A DNA stretch of 64,000 bases, from assembly GCA_963731625.1 (NCBI GenBank), contig CAVSWH010000023.1, positions 96,174-160,173 on the forward strand, read 5' to 3'. The notes below the pieces were generated by a model. It saw only the letters and a list, made by a program, of their open reading frames with translations. It had not been told where the DNA came from and searched no databases. The position numbers and the translations under genes were made by a program. Below, in pieces: positions 1 to 8,472 of the stretch; position 1 is the stretch's first letter, and each line of letters starts with the position of its first letter. Source of the DNA: an uncultured Actinomycetes bacterium. Lineage in GTDB: Bacteria > Actinomycetota > Acidimicrobiia > IMCC26256 > PALSA-555.

Positions 1-130
1 TGAAGGCGCGGTCGTCGTCGGAGAACGTGTCGTGCACGGTGATGTGCTCGAGCCGATCGGCGATCCGGCGACTGTCGAAGCGATCCTGGAGCTCCCGAGA
101 CCCGTCGTGGTACATCTCGGGCGTGCCCAT
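1..130 (-). CDS. PPOX-class FMN-binding protein, N-terminal fragment (gene continues left of window)
   Basis: Manual minus-strand translation from ATG at 128-130 reads MGTPEMYHDGSRELQDRFDSRRIADRLEHITVHDTFSDDDRAF and stays open to position 1. Codons are GC3-rich. The N-terminus resembles pyridoxamine-phosphate-oxidase-related flavoproteins from memory. It is absent from the ORF track because only 43 codons lie in the window. Confidence 0.5.
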   Translation of the reverse strand, partial: MGTPEMYHDGSRELQDRFDSRRIADRLEHITVHDTFSDDDRAF

Positions 131-202
131 GCCGCCCAGGGTAGGCCTCGCTCGTCCCGCGGCGGGCGAGCGCGGGCTGTGGACCGACGACACCCGCCGG
201 CG

Positions 203-835
203 CTACCGCGGATCGGCGCGGTCCAGGTTCCAGTGGAGGATCGCGCTGCACAGCCACGCGTGGTCCACCGACGGCGAGATGGCGAAGCGGGTGATCGCCC
301 GCTGACCGCCCTCATGATCGCTGTACAGGAGGTGCACCGTGATCGTGTCGCGGAGCCGGATCCCGTCCAGGATCGGCTCGTAGAACTCGTCGGATGGTTC
401 ATAGAGCCGGCACTGCCAGAAGCTGACCGTCCCGGCCGCGATGTACAGGTCGCGTCCCTGTCGCCGGAACGCTTCGGGGTCGGGGTGCTCGCGGGTGGCG
501 CGCGCCACGCCGGGTCGGAGGTGCCATCCCTGCAGGACGCCGATGCCGGAGCCGACGTTCCGCAGCGACATCGCGAGATAGATGTTGGCGCTGGCCACCT
601 CGGCGATCGCGTGGCCGCCGGCCACGCTGGCGTGGTAGTCGTCACCCCAGATCATCGGCTCGGGTGAGTCCTCGAGGCGCGAGGCCATGAGCACAGGCCG
701 CTGCCCGACCTGCAGCGCGCGCTCGGCGACGCGGGCCGAGCGGTTGCCGGAGCGGACGCTGCTGAACGTCGCGGCGGCCAGCACGAGGGTCCCAGCGGCC
801 GTCGAGAGCGACGCGATCGTCGACCAGTCCGGCAT
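203..835 (-). CDS. hypothetical membrane-anchored protein
   Basis: 210-aa ORF with balanced composition, unlike the Arg/Pro-rich shadow frames around it. The N-terminal hydrophobic stretch IASLSTAAGTLVLAAATF suggests a membrane anchor. No family recognised. Confidence 0.6.
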   Translation of the reverse strand: MPDWSTIASLSTAAGTLVLAAATFSSVRSGNRSARVAERALQVGQRPVLMASRLEDSPEPMIWGDDYHASVAGGHAIAEVASANIYLAMSLRNVGSGIGVLQGWHLRPGVARATREHPDPEAFRRQGRDLYIAAGTVSFWQCRLYEPSDEFYEPILDGIRLRDTITVHLLYSDHEGGQRAITRFAISPSVDHAWLCSAILHWNLDRADPR

Positions 836-952
836 CGCCGCAGGTTACGGCCACGGCCCACGGGCGGCCCGAGTTGGATCGGCGGCACGCACGGAACGAA
901 GGTGGTGCGTGCACGCCGATGAGTTCGGGCCCGTCGCCACGTCTGCCGGCTG

Positions 953-2134
953 ATGCGACGCGGATTCTCGGATCGAGGCCTGACCCGTCTGCGGGACGTG
1001 CTGGCCCGCCACGTCGACGCAGGGCGCGTCCCCGGCCTCGTCGCGGCGGTGAGCCGCCACGGTGCGACGCACGTCGAGACGATGGGGGCGCTCGAGGTGG
1101 GCGGGGGCGCCATGCCACCCGACGCGCTGGTCCGGATCTCGTCCATGACGAAGCCGGTCACGGCGGTGGCGACGCTCCTCCTCCTCGAGGACTGCGTCCT
1201 GGGCCTCGACGACCCGGTGGACGAGCTGCTCCCCGAGCTCGCCGACCGCCGCGTCGTCCGCACGATCGACGCGCCCGTCGACGACACCGTGCCGGCCGTC
1301 CGGCCGATCACGGTCCGCGACCTCCTCACCTTCCGCATGGGCTTCGGCGGCTACTTCGGGCCGTGCCCGGTGAACGACGCCGCGGCGCCGCTCCAGCTCT
1401 CGGTCGGGCCGCCGCAACCGCAGCTGCCGCCCGACCCTGACGAGTGGATGCGTCGCTTCTCGACGCTGCCATTGATGTGCCAGCCGGGCGAGCGCTGGCT
1501 GTACCACACCGGCGCCGACGTCCTCGGCGTGCTCATCGCGCGCGCCGCGGGCCAGCCCTTCGGCGACTTCGTGCGCGACCGGATCTTCGCACCGCTCGGC
1601 ATGGCCGACACGGCGTTCTCGATCCCGTCCGCCGACCTCGGGCGGATGACCACCTGCTACGCCACCGACCCCGAGAGCGGGGCGCTGAGCGTCTACGACG
1701 AGCCGGCTGGACAGTGGGCCCGCCCGCCGGCCTTCCCGTCGGGCGGCGCCGGCCTGGTCTCGACGGCATCGGACTTTCTGGCGTTCGCCGAGATGCTGCT
1801 GCGCGGCGGTGACCCGCTCCTGTCCCGCTCGTCGGTCGAGACGATGACCACGGACCAGCTCACCGACGCCCAGAAGGCCGTCTCCGGCTTCTTCCCCGAC
1901 GAATTCGACGACCGTGGGTTCGGCTTCTGCGTTGGCGTCGTCACCCGTCGCGTCGAGCCCGCCGCGCCGATCGGTCAGTACGGCTGGGACGGCGGGTTGG
2001 GCTCGATCTGGCGCAACGACCCGTCGGAGCAGCTGGCGGCGGTCCTGATGACCAACGCGATGTGGACGTCGCCGCGGCCACCCGCCGTCGCCCGCGACTT
2101 CCTGACCGCGACCTACGCCGCGATCGACGACTGA
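953..2134 (+). CDS. serine hydrolase / beta-lactamase-family protein
   Basis: 393-aa ORF. SxxK active-site motif (SSMTKPVTA) sits about 60 residues from the N-terminus. Length and overall pattern are typical of class C beta-lactamase/esterase-type serine hydrolases. Confidence 0.85.
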   Translation: MRRGFSDRGLTRLRDVLARHVDAGRVPGLVAAVSRHGATHVETMGALEVGGGAMPPDALVRISSMTKPVTAVATLLLLEDCVLGLDDPVDELLPELADRRVVRTIDAPVDDTVPAVRPITVRDLLTFRMGFGGYFGPCPVNDAAAPLQLSVGPPQPQLPPDPDEWMRRFSTLPLMCQPGERWLYHTGADVLGVLIARAAGQPFGDFVRDRIFAPLGMADTAFSIPSADLGRMTTCYATDPESGALSVYDEPAGQWARPPAFPSGGAGLVSTASDFLAFAEMLLRGGDPLLSRSSVETMTTDQLTDAQKAVSGFFPDEFDDRGFGFCVGVVTRRVEPAAPIGQYGWDGGLGSIWRNDPSEQLAAVLMTNAMWTSPRPPAVARDFLTATYAAIDD

Positions 2135-2155
2135 CGTCGCCCGGTCCGGCGGGCG

Positions 2156-3238
2156 CTACCCGGTGAACAGGGCCTGCTCGACGCAGGCGTCGAGGGCCGG
2201 GTTGAACGTGCCGGCCACGAAGGTGATCGTGACGAGCCCGTCGCCCGTGCGTGCGCTCGTGCCGAGCTGCCCGCCGGTGGGGACGAGGTTCGAGCCGCCC
2301 CCGCCGCCGCCCGCGCCCGCCAGGTTCGACCCGCCGCCGCCCCCGCCGCCGAAGAGGCCGCCGCCGCCCCCGCCACCCCCGCCGATGCCCCCGATCCCGC
2401 CGGACTGCAGCGCGCCGGCGGTGCCGTTGTCCGGGACGATGTCGCCATTCCCGCCGACGCCACCCGCGATGGAGGTGCCGGCGAGGCCGCCGTCGCCGGG
2501 CGGGTCACCCGCCACGTCGGGCGACCCGTTCGCGCCCGGCTGGCCGCCCGGGCCGCCCGCGCCGCCGGCGCCGCCGTTGAAGCTGGAGCCGCTGCCCGCG
2601 CCGCCCGCCGCGACGACGACGCGGTTGCCGAGCGCGCCGGATCCGGTGCGGATGTCCGAGGACCCGCCGCCGCCGCCCCCACCGGCGACCAGCGCGAAGC
2701 CGCCGTTGGCGCCGCCGTTGGCGCCGCCCGCCCCGACCGTGGCGCCCGACGCGCCGCCGCCGGCGCCGCCGACGGTGACGAAGAGCATGGAGCCGGGCGT
2801 CAGGCCCATCGCGCCCGTGATGACTGAGCCGCTCGCCCCGCCGCCGGCGGCTTGCGTGCTGACCGAGCTCGACCCGGCGTGCGGCGCTGACGTCGAGGTC
2901 GTACTCGACGCCGAGGTGTGGCTGCCCCCCGTCGTCGTAGTCGTCGTCGAGCCCGGCGTCGACGCGGCGCCCAGGGGGCTGTTGTGGGTGGTGCCCGTGA
3001 CGTTGGGGACGCCCGAGCCGGTGGCGCCCGCGCCGCCCGCGGCGCCGTCCACCTCGAAGGTGGCACAGGTCGCCGTGGCCGGGACGCTGAGCGTGAAGGA
3101 GCCCGCCGTGGAGAAGGATTCCGACGGGAGGCCCACCGTTTGGGCCGGCGCGAGGGATGCGGTCCCGAGGTACCCGACCAAGCCGGCCGTCGCGACGAGA
3201 GCGAGCGTCAGCCTCGGCGCGTAGCGAGGTGCGAGCAC
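2156..3238 (-). CDS. secreted glycine-rich domain protein
   Basis: The ORF runs 2156..3265. I prefer the GTG at 3236-3238 (GGAAGG about 10 nt upstream), which gives the signal peptide VLAPRYAPRLTLALVATAGLVGYLGTASLAPAQT. The body carries GGAGG, GGGGGGGSSDIR and VVAAGGAG blocks plus an internal Ser/Thr-rich linker. Confidence 0.7.
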   Translation of the reverse strand: MLAPRYAPRLTLALVATAGLVGYLGTASLAPAQTVGLPSESFSTAGSFTLSVPATATCATFEVDGAAGGAGATGSGVPNVTGTTHNSPLGAASTPGSTTTTTTGGSHTSASSTTSTSAPHAGSSSVSTQAAGGGASGSVITGAMGLTPGSMLFVTVGGAGGGASGATVGAGGANGGANGGFALVAGGGGGGGSSDIRTGSGALGNRVVVAAGGAGSGSSFNGGAGGAGGPGGQPGANGSPDVAGDPPGDGGLAGTSIAGGVGGNGDIVPDNGTAGALQSGGIGGIGGGGGGGGGLFGGGGGGGSNLAGAGGGGGGSNLVPTGGQLGTSARTGDGLVTITFVAGTFNPALDACVEQALFTG

Positions 3239-3438
3239 GGGTCGATGACCTTCCCAGCCCCACACCGCCCGCGACCCGGCCTGATCACACTACATGACTC
3301 CAACCACAATGAAAAGGGGCCCAACACCAGCCACAGGCGTCGGCTCGGTCGCTGGGGCACGCCCGGCGCCATCGGCCGGGGTGGCGCGGGCCCACCCACG
3401 CGGGGTTGAGGCCGGCTCGTCGCCGGCCCACCGCCCCG

Positions 3439-3717
3439 TCAGGCCGGGAACGGGGCGAGCCCCAGCCGCTTCCGGACCTCGGGGCGCCGGAGCGGGGGGA
3501 CGTTCTTCGGCGGCTGACGCCGCTCCGGCGCGAGCGCGAGCAGGCGCTCGGTGATGCCGGCGATCTCGTGCGCGGCATGGTGCATCGCGTCGGCGAGCGC
3601 GGCGTTCGGCTTCGCGACGCCCGTGACCTTGCGCACGTACTGGGCCGCGGCGGCCTCGATCTCCTCGCGCGTCGCCGGCGGTTCCAGTCCACGGAGCTCG
3701 GTAATGTTTCTGCACAT
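3439..3717 (-). CDS. DUF2277 domain-containing protein
   Basis: 92-aa ORF. The N-terminus MCRNITELRGLEPPATREEIEAAAAQYVRKV matches the conserved start I recall for the DUF2277 family. Confidence 0.8.
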   Translation of the reverse strand: MCRNITELRGLEPPATREEIEAAAAQYVRKVTGVAKPNAALADAMHHAAHEIAGITERLLALAPERRQPPKNVPPLRRPEVRKRLGLAPFPA

Positions 3718-3747
3718 GCCGTCAGTCTACGGCGGCGCGTCGCGACC

Positions 3748-4836
3748 ATGACCCAGCCGACCGAAGGCATGAAGCGCGGCGGGTACTACGACGCGCATTC
3801 CGAGTACCAGCAGCGCGTCGCGGCCTCGGGCATCGGGCTGCTGTCGCCGCTCCTCGACGCCGTGACCGTCCCGCCGACCGGTCCGGTGCTGATCGTCGAC
3901 TACGGCTGCTCGAGTGGCGCGAACTCGATCGCGGTCGTCGCGGAGTCTGTGCGGGTGCTGCGCCGATCCGATCCCGAGCGGGAGGTCGTCGTCGTCCACG
4001 ACGACCTCCCCACCAACGACTTCCAGGCACTCTTCGCGAACCTCCGGGACCGTCCCGACAGCTACCTGCGGCTCCCCGGCGCCGACGTGCTCTCCCTCGC
4101 CTCGGCGATGTCGTTCTATGACGCCGTCGTCCCGTTGCGGCGCGTCCAGCTCGCCCTGTCGTTCTCGGCGGCGCACTGGCTGCGGGAGGAGCCGGTCGCG
4201 CCGGTGCCGGGCAGCTTCCTCATCGCCGACGCGACGGGCGACGACCGCGTCGCGCTCGCCCGCCAGGCCGACGCCGATTGGACGCGCTTCCTCGAGATGC
4301 GCGCGTCGGAGCTGGCGCCCGGCGGGCTGCTGTTCGTGCAGATGATCGGCACGGAGGCCGACGGCGGCGCCGACCGCGTGACCGCGGCGCGGCTGCTCCA
4401 CGCGATGCACGACGTCGCCGAGGCGATGGTCGACACCACCCAGCTCGACATCGGGGCGTTCCACGGGTTCGTGTTCCCGACGTACATGCGGACCGTCGAG
4501 GAGGCCGTCGCGCCGCTCGACCGGGCAGGCTCACCGGTCCGGGGCGCGTTCGAGGTCGCGCTCGCCCGCGTCGAGCCGGTCGCGAACCCCTACGACGAGG
4601 CCTATCGGCGACACGGTGACGCCGAGGCGTATGCCGAGCAGTACATCTCGTTCGTGCGCGCCTTCAGCGAGTCGAGCCTGCGGGACGGCCTGTTCGCGCA
4701 CGGCAGCCGAGGCGGCTCGCCCGAGCAGACCCTGGACGAGTTCTACGCCGAGCTCCGCCGGCGGACGGCCCTCGATCCCGACTGGTCGAGGTTCGAGGAC
4801 TGGACCTTGACGGTGGCGCTCACGCGGACCGGTTGA
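3748..4836 (+). CDS. SAM-dependent methyltransferase, SABATH / Methyltransf_7-like
   Basis: In-frame ATG at 3748 inside ORF 3406..4836; the upstream part of that ORF overlaps the DUF2277 gene on the other strand. The blocks MKRGGYYDAHSEYQQRV, VDYGCSSGANS and DDLPTNDFQALF correspond to signature blocks of plant carboxyl methyltransferases. Confidence 0.8.
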   Translation: MTQPTEGMKRGGYYDAHSEYQQRVAASGIGLLSPLLDAVTVPPTGPVLIVDYGCSSGANSIAVVAESVRVLRRSDPEREVVVVHDDLPTNDFQALFANLRDRPDSYLRLPGADVLSLASAMSFYDAVVPLRRVQLALSFSAAHWLREEPVAPVPGSFLIADATGDDRVALARQADADWTRFLEMRASELAPGGLLFVQMIGTEADGGADRVTAARLLHAMHDVAEAMVDTTQLDIGAFHGFVFPTYMRTVEEAVAPLDRAGSPVRGAFEVALARVEPVANPYDEAYRRHGDAEAYAEQYISFVRAFSESSLRDGLFAHGSRGGSPEQTLDEFYAELRRRTALDPDWSRFEDWTLTVALTRTG

Positions 4837-4896
4837 CGCGGGCCGCCGGCCCCGCACGCGGCAGCCCGGCCCGAGGGCGGCGCGACCGGGGAGCGG

Positions 4897-5802
4897 CTAC
4901 CCCGTCGCGGCGGTCCCGATCGTCCCGGGGTTCGGCGCCCCGGCAGCCCGGTACGGCGACATGTCGATGCCGGGATAGCGCTCGGCGACGTCGCGCCGTG
5001 TCTGCTCGTTCCAGTAGGGGTCGCCCGGCCGCGGGAACCCGAAGAGGTCGCGCTCGCGGACGCTGCACTGCGGGATGAGCTTCGCCCACCGCTGCGGCGC
5101 CTGCTTCGGCCAGGCCATCTTCCCGGCCCAGGTCATGCCGCGGCGCTGGTAGTCGGCCAGCAGCGAGAACCGAGCACGGCCCGGGGCGGCGAAGTCCGAG
5201 CCACGGTGGAGGATGTCGGTGCGGTAGGCGAGCAGGCTGCCGGCGCGTGCCGTCGCGGCGACCTCGACGTCCGCGAGGGCGCCGAGCTCCAGATATAGCG
5301 GCGTGTAGGGGACGTCCTGGCCGTCGGCGTAGGGGACGATCCGCGTCGGCCCGTCGTCGCGGTCGACGTCGGACAGGTAGATGAAGGTCGTCAGCTGCTG
5401 GTAGGTCTGATCGTCCCTGGGGACGACGAGGCTGTGGCTCCCGTAGTCACGGTGGAGGGGCTGCTCGTAGTTGACCGCCCCGGCGTACTTCGCCCAGAGC
5501 TCCACCTTGTAGAGGTGCAGGTCGGTCGTGGCGAGGAAGCGCTCGGCCGCGTCGACGAGATCGGGGTGGAACGCCAACCGGTTGAGGTTCCAGGATCGGT
5601 ACGGGAACTCGTCGACGCCGGCGAACTGGCTCGCCGCGTACTTCGCGTGGCCGGCCGGGTCGGCGAAGTACTCCTCGGGCTTCGGGTAGTGCAGCCACAG
5701 CGCGTCCTGCGCGGCCCGCAGCTCGTCGGGGTCGAGGAACCCCTCGACGATCGTGAACCCGCGCTCGCCGATCTCCTCGAGTGCCGCGTCCGGGACTCGC
5801 AT
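4897..5802 (-). CDS. phytanoyl-CoA dioxygenase (PhyH) family Fe(II)/2-oxoglutarate oxygenase
   Basis: 301-aa ORF. N-terminus GFTIVEGFLD, the HRDYG metal-binding region and a distal HRGSD histidine are typical of the PhyH family. Confidence 0.85.
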   Translation of the reverse strand: MRVPDAALEEIGERGFTIVEGFLDPDELRAAQDALWLHYPKPEEYFADPAGHAKYAASQFAGVDEFPYRSWNLNRLAFHPDLVDAAERFLATTDLHLYKVELWAKYAGAVNYEQPLHRDYGSHSLVVPRDDQTYQQLTTFIYLSDVDRDDGPTRIVPYADGQDVPYTPLYLELGALADVEVAATARAGSLLAYRTDILHRGSDFAAPGRARFSLLADYQRRGMTWAGKMAWPKQAPQRWAKLIPQCSVRERDLFGFPRPGDPYWNEQTRRDVAERYPGIDMSPYRAAGAPNPGTIGTAATG

Positions 5803-5842
5803 CGACGCGCACTGTACGCCGCGTGCGGCGCGACCGGCGCGG

Positions 5843-6664
5843 CTACGCCGACGTCCGGAGCACCTTCTTCGGGTCCTGCTCGGCCTCGCGCAGCTTGGCG
5901 ATCATCTTGTCGAACACGTCGTCGAAGGAGTGCTGCTTGCGGGCCCGTCGGAGCGGGTTGGCGTAGCCGATGATCTGCGCCCCGACGAACTCGTGCCACG
6001 CGCCGAGCTCCTTGAGCTGGTCGGTGATGGCGCGCACGAGCCGGTGCGCCTCGACGACCTTGCCGGCGCGCGCCTCTCGGACCGGGAGGCACTCGGCGAG
6101 AGGGCGGTCGAGGTAGCCGTCGCAGCGGCGCAGGATGGGCTCGTACGCGCTGCCGGCGAGCCGCCCGAACTGGGCGTACGCGAGGCCGAGCGTGACGTAG
6201 TGGGCGTGCTGCGTCGCGTCGGCGACCTCGGGGTCGTCCTCGGCGAGCGTCGGGCTGGTGTCGACGAGCTCCCGGTAGATCGAGAGGGCCACCGCGGCGC
6301 GCTCGCGGATGTTCGGCTCCTTCTCGACGTTGAGGGTGAGCATCCGCCGGGCGGCGCGCTTGGGGGCGATCATCACTGGGACGCGACGCAGGCCGAGCTC
6401 GCGCGCCGCGAGGAGACGGTGTTGGCCGTCGATCACGAAGTAGCCCTTCGCGTCGTCGCGCTCGACCACGACCAGCGGCGTCAGGAACCCGATTCGGTTC
6501 ACCGACTCGACGACGCGCTTGACGTGCGTGTCGCTCGGCTTGCGCTGATGCGAGATGACCTCGAGGCTGCCGATCGGGACGACGGCGAAGGTCAGGTTCG
6601 TCCGGTTCGCCGGGTCCTTGAAGTCGAGACTGGCCTCCGACGCCGCAGACTCCGCCATCCGCAA
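5843..6664 (-). CDS. ParB/Srx-fold (ParB N-terminal domain) protein with DGQHR motif
   Basis: 273-aa ORF. The block VKRVVESVNRIGFLTPLVVVERDDAKGYFVIDGQHRLLAARELG fits the ParB/sulfiredoxin fold and carries the DGQHR motif known from DndB-like proteins. The C-terminal half is helical and unassigned. Confidence 0.75.
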   Translation of the reverse strand: MRMAESAASEASLDFKDPANRTNLTFAVVPIGSLEVISHQRKPSDTHVKRVVESVNRIGFLTPLVVVERDDAKGYFVIDGQHRLLAARELGLRRVPVMIAPKRAARRMLTLNVEKEPNIRERAAVALSIYRELVDTSPTLAEDDPEVADATQHAHYVTLGLAYAQFGRLAGSAYEPILRRCDGYLDRPLAECLPVREARAGKVVEAHRLVRAITDQLKELGAWHEFVGAQIIGYANPLRRARKQHSFDDVFDKMIAKLREAEQDPKKVLRTSA

Positions 6665-6757
6665 CGATCGTAGGTCAGGCGCGCCGAAGCGAGCCGCGAA
6701 GGCTCGCGGCTGCGCCTCGTCGCTCGAACCGCCCGGGCGCTCGGCCCGGGGATGCGC

Positions 6758-7144
6758 CTACCAGCTGGACAGGAGCGCGTCGACCGGGTTGTCGGGGTCG
6801 TACTTGACGGTCACGGCCTTCCCGACGGTCAGGTTCGGCACCTGGTTCGCCTGGATGCTCTGGTGGATCGTCGTGTCGTACTCGGCCAGCCCCTCCGGCT
6901 TCACGTGGACGTCGAAGTCGTGCGGCACCCCGCCGGACATGTCGGCGGCACCCGCCTCACGGACGGCGACGATCTCGCCGGGCGCCTGCACGCCGCTCTT
7001 GCCGATCTTGTTGACCTTGGCGACGTACGCGGGGTCGGGCATGGGGCCCGTCGGCATGCTCACGCCTGCCGGCATCCCGGCCATACCGCCCGCCTGCTGC
7101 TGCATGTTCTGCATGGCGTCTTTCGCGCCCTTGAAGAGCCCCAT
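6758..7144 (-). CDS. hypothetical protein
   Basis: Within ORF 6758..7216, the internal ATG at 7142-7144 is preceded by AGGAGGA. The product is MGLFKGAKDAMQNMQQQAGG..., a Gly/Met/Pro-rich linker followed by a compact C-terminal domain. No family recognised. Confidence 0.65.
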   Translation of the reverse strand: MGLFKGAKDAMQNMQQQAGGMAGMPAGVSMPTGPMPDPAYVAKVNKIGKSGVQAPGEIVAVREAGAADMSGGVPHDFDVHVKPEGLAEYDTTIHQSIQANQVPNLTVGKAVTVKYDPDNPVDALLSSW

Positions 7145-7355
7145 CGTGTCCTCCTGGATCGATCTCGACGGTGTCCCGCGACCCGGCGCGACGGCCCGAG
7201 CCCGAGGTGCTTTCACGGACAGGATCGCAGACCCGCGCCGGTCCGGTCGTGAGTAACCGGTACTCAGGCGGTCCCGGCCCCATCGCCCGGCGGGCCCCGT
7301 GGTGTCAGGCCGGGGGAGTCCGCTTGTCCGCTTCGTCCCGGTCCTGGCACGCGCC

Positions 7356-7985
7356 TCACCGCTCCCGGTACGACCAGACGCCGTCGAGCGGGTCCCCGTG
7401 GTGGTCGGCGGGGGTGCGCCGCTCGGCGGTCGTGTCGACCCACCCGCGCGACAGCTCGAAGTACCGGGCCACCAGGGCGACGTGGGCGTCGTCGCCCGAC
7501 GCGAGCCAGCCCTGCACGGCCTTCGTCGGGAAGCACCGATTCGAGAAGGTGCAGACGAAGGGCGCGCCCGGTCGCAGCACGCGGGCGACCTCGTCGAAGA
7601 TCTCGAGGGGCCGGGCGAGGTAGTCCACCGACACGCAGCAGGTGGCGGCGTCGAAGGCCGCGTCGGGGAAGGGCAGCTGCGGGTCGGCGTTGAGGTCGTG
7701 GACGACTCGCTCGGCGGCCTGGGGGTTGCGCGCGAGCTCCTCGGCGTTCATCCCGAGGACCACGAGGCGGGTTGGGGCCGCCTGGAAGTGCGACACCCAG
7801 GAGGCGCAGAGATCGAGGACGTCCCCGCGCAGGCCGAGGCTGGCGTAGAGGTCGCCGACCGCGGCGATCGCTGCCGCGTCGAGGTGCTCGACGAGCCGGG
7901 GCGGTGCGTAGAAGCGATCGTCGGGCGCCTCGTCGGCCCGGGCGAAGAACCCCTCGGGAAACTCGGCGTAGCGGGCATCCATCAT
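7356..7985 (-). CDS. class I SAM-dependent methyltransferase
   Basis: Start taken at ATGATG (7980-7985), giving MMDARYAEFPEGFF.... The motif-I-like VLDLCASW and downstream FDAATCCVSVDYL / LRPGAPFV blocks are typical of Methyltransf_11-type enzymes. Confidence 0.8.
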   Translation of the reverse strand: MMDARYAEFPEGFFARADEAPDDRFYAPPRLVEHLDAAAIAAVGDLYASLGLRGDVLDLCASWVSHFQAAPTRLVVLGMNAEELARNPQAAERVVHDLNADPQLPFPDAAFDAATCCVSVDYLARPLEIFDEVARVLRPGAPFVCTFSNRCFPTKAVQGWLASGDDAHVALVARYFELSRGWVDTTAERRTPADHHGDPLDGVWSYRER

Positions 7986-7998
7986 GGGCGCCCGTCGC

Positions 7999-8430
7999 TC
8001 AGGCGTGGCCGTCCAGCTCGTGCAGGCGCGTGGCCATCCCGGCGAGCAGGACGTCGCGCAAGGAGCTGACCTCGCCGAGGAGCTCACGGAACGAGTTTCG
8101 GGAGACGGACACGACGGTCGTGTCGGCGGTGGCCGTCACCGTGGCGTTGCGGGGCGCCGGATCGAAGAGGGCGAGCTCACCGAAGTAGTCGCCCGGACCG
8201 AGCGCGGCGACGACATGGTCGGCTCGCGTCACCTCGACGGCGCCGCGTGTGATCACGAAGAACTGGTTGCCGGCTTCGCCCTCGTGGATGATCGCCTGGC
8301 CACGCGGCACGGTGACGGTGACGCCGAGCTCGGCGATCCGGTCGATGTCGTCCGGCGAGCAGGAGCGCAGCATCGGGACTCGCTGCAGGTACGTCGCGTA
8401 GAGCGCCTGGTCCTGTTCTGGCATCGTCAC
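7999..8430 (-). CDS. cyclic nucleotide-binding domain protein (stand-alone)
   Basis: 143-aa ORF. IIHEGEAGNQFFVITRGAVEV ... GDYFGELALF ... RNATVTA is the canonical cNMP-binding (CAP effector domain) signature. Confidence 0.85.
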   Translation of the reverse strand: MTMPEQDQALYATYLQRVPMLRSCSPDDIDRIAELGVTVTVPRGQAIIHEGEAGNQFFVITRGAVEVTRADHVVAALGPGDYFGELALFDPAPRNATVTATADTTVVSVSRNSFRELLGEVSSLRDVLLAGMATRLHELDGHA

Positions 8431-8472
8431 GCTCCCTCGCCCACGGCAGCGTAGGCGGGGGCGCGGAACCGG

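Noticed and set aside
2250-2760. Highly repetitive GCC/GCCG-rich DNA (also at 48840..48960), considered as a possible tandem repeat or CRISPR-like array.
   Set aside because: There are no regularly spaced direct repeats separated by unique spacers. The repetition is codon-level (Gly codons) inside well-supported coding frames.
2163-3224. 353-aa plus-strand ORF encoding a poly-proline protein (PPPPPAPARFDPPPPPPPKRPPPPPPPPPMPP...).
   Set aside because: It is the exact antisense mirror of the glycine-rich gene, because GGN codons read as NCC on the other strand. It has no signal sequence or RBS context. The minus frame has a credible signal peptide and structured non-Gly blocks.
7251-7265. Imperfect palindrome GAGTAACCGGTACTC about 110 nt upstream of the small protein gene at 7144.
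   Set aside because: Only 6 of 7 pairs match, it is a single copy, and no regulator gene is adjacent. That is too weak to call an operator.
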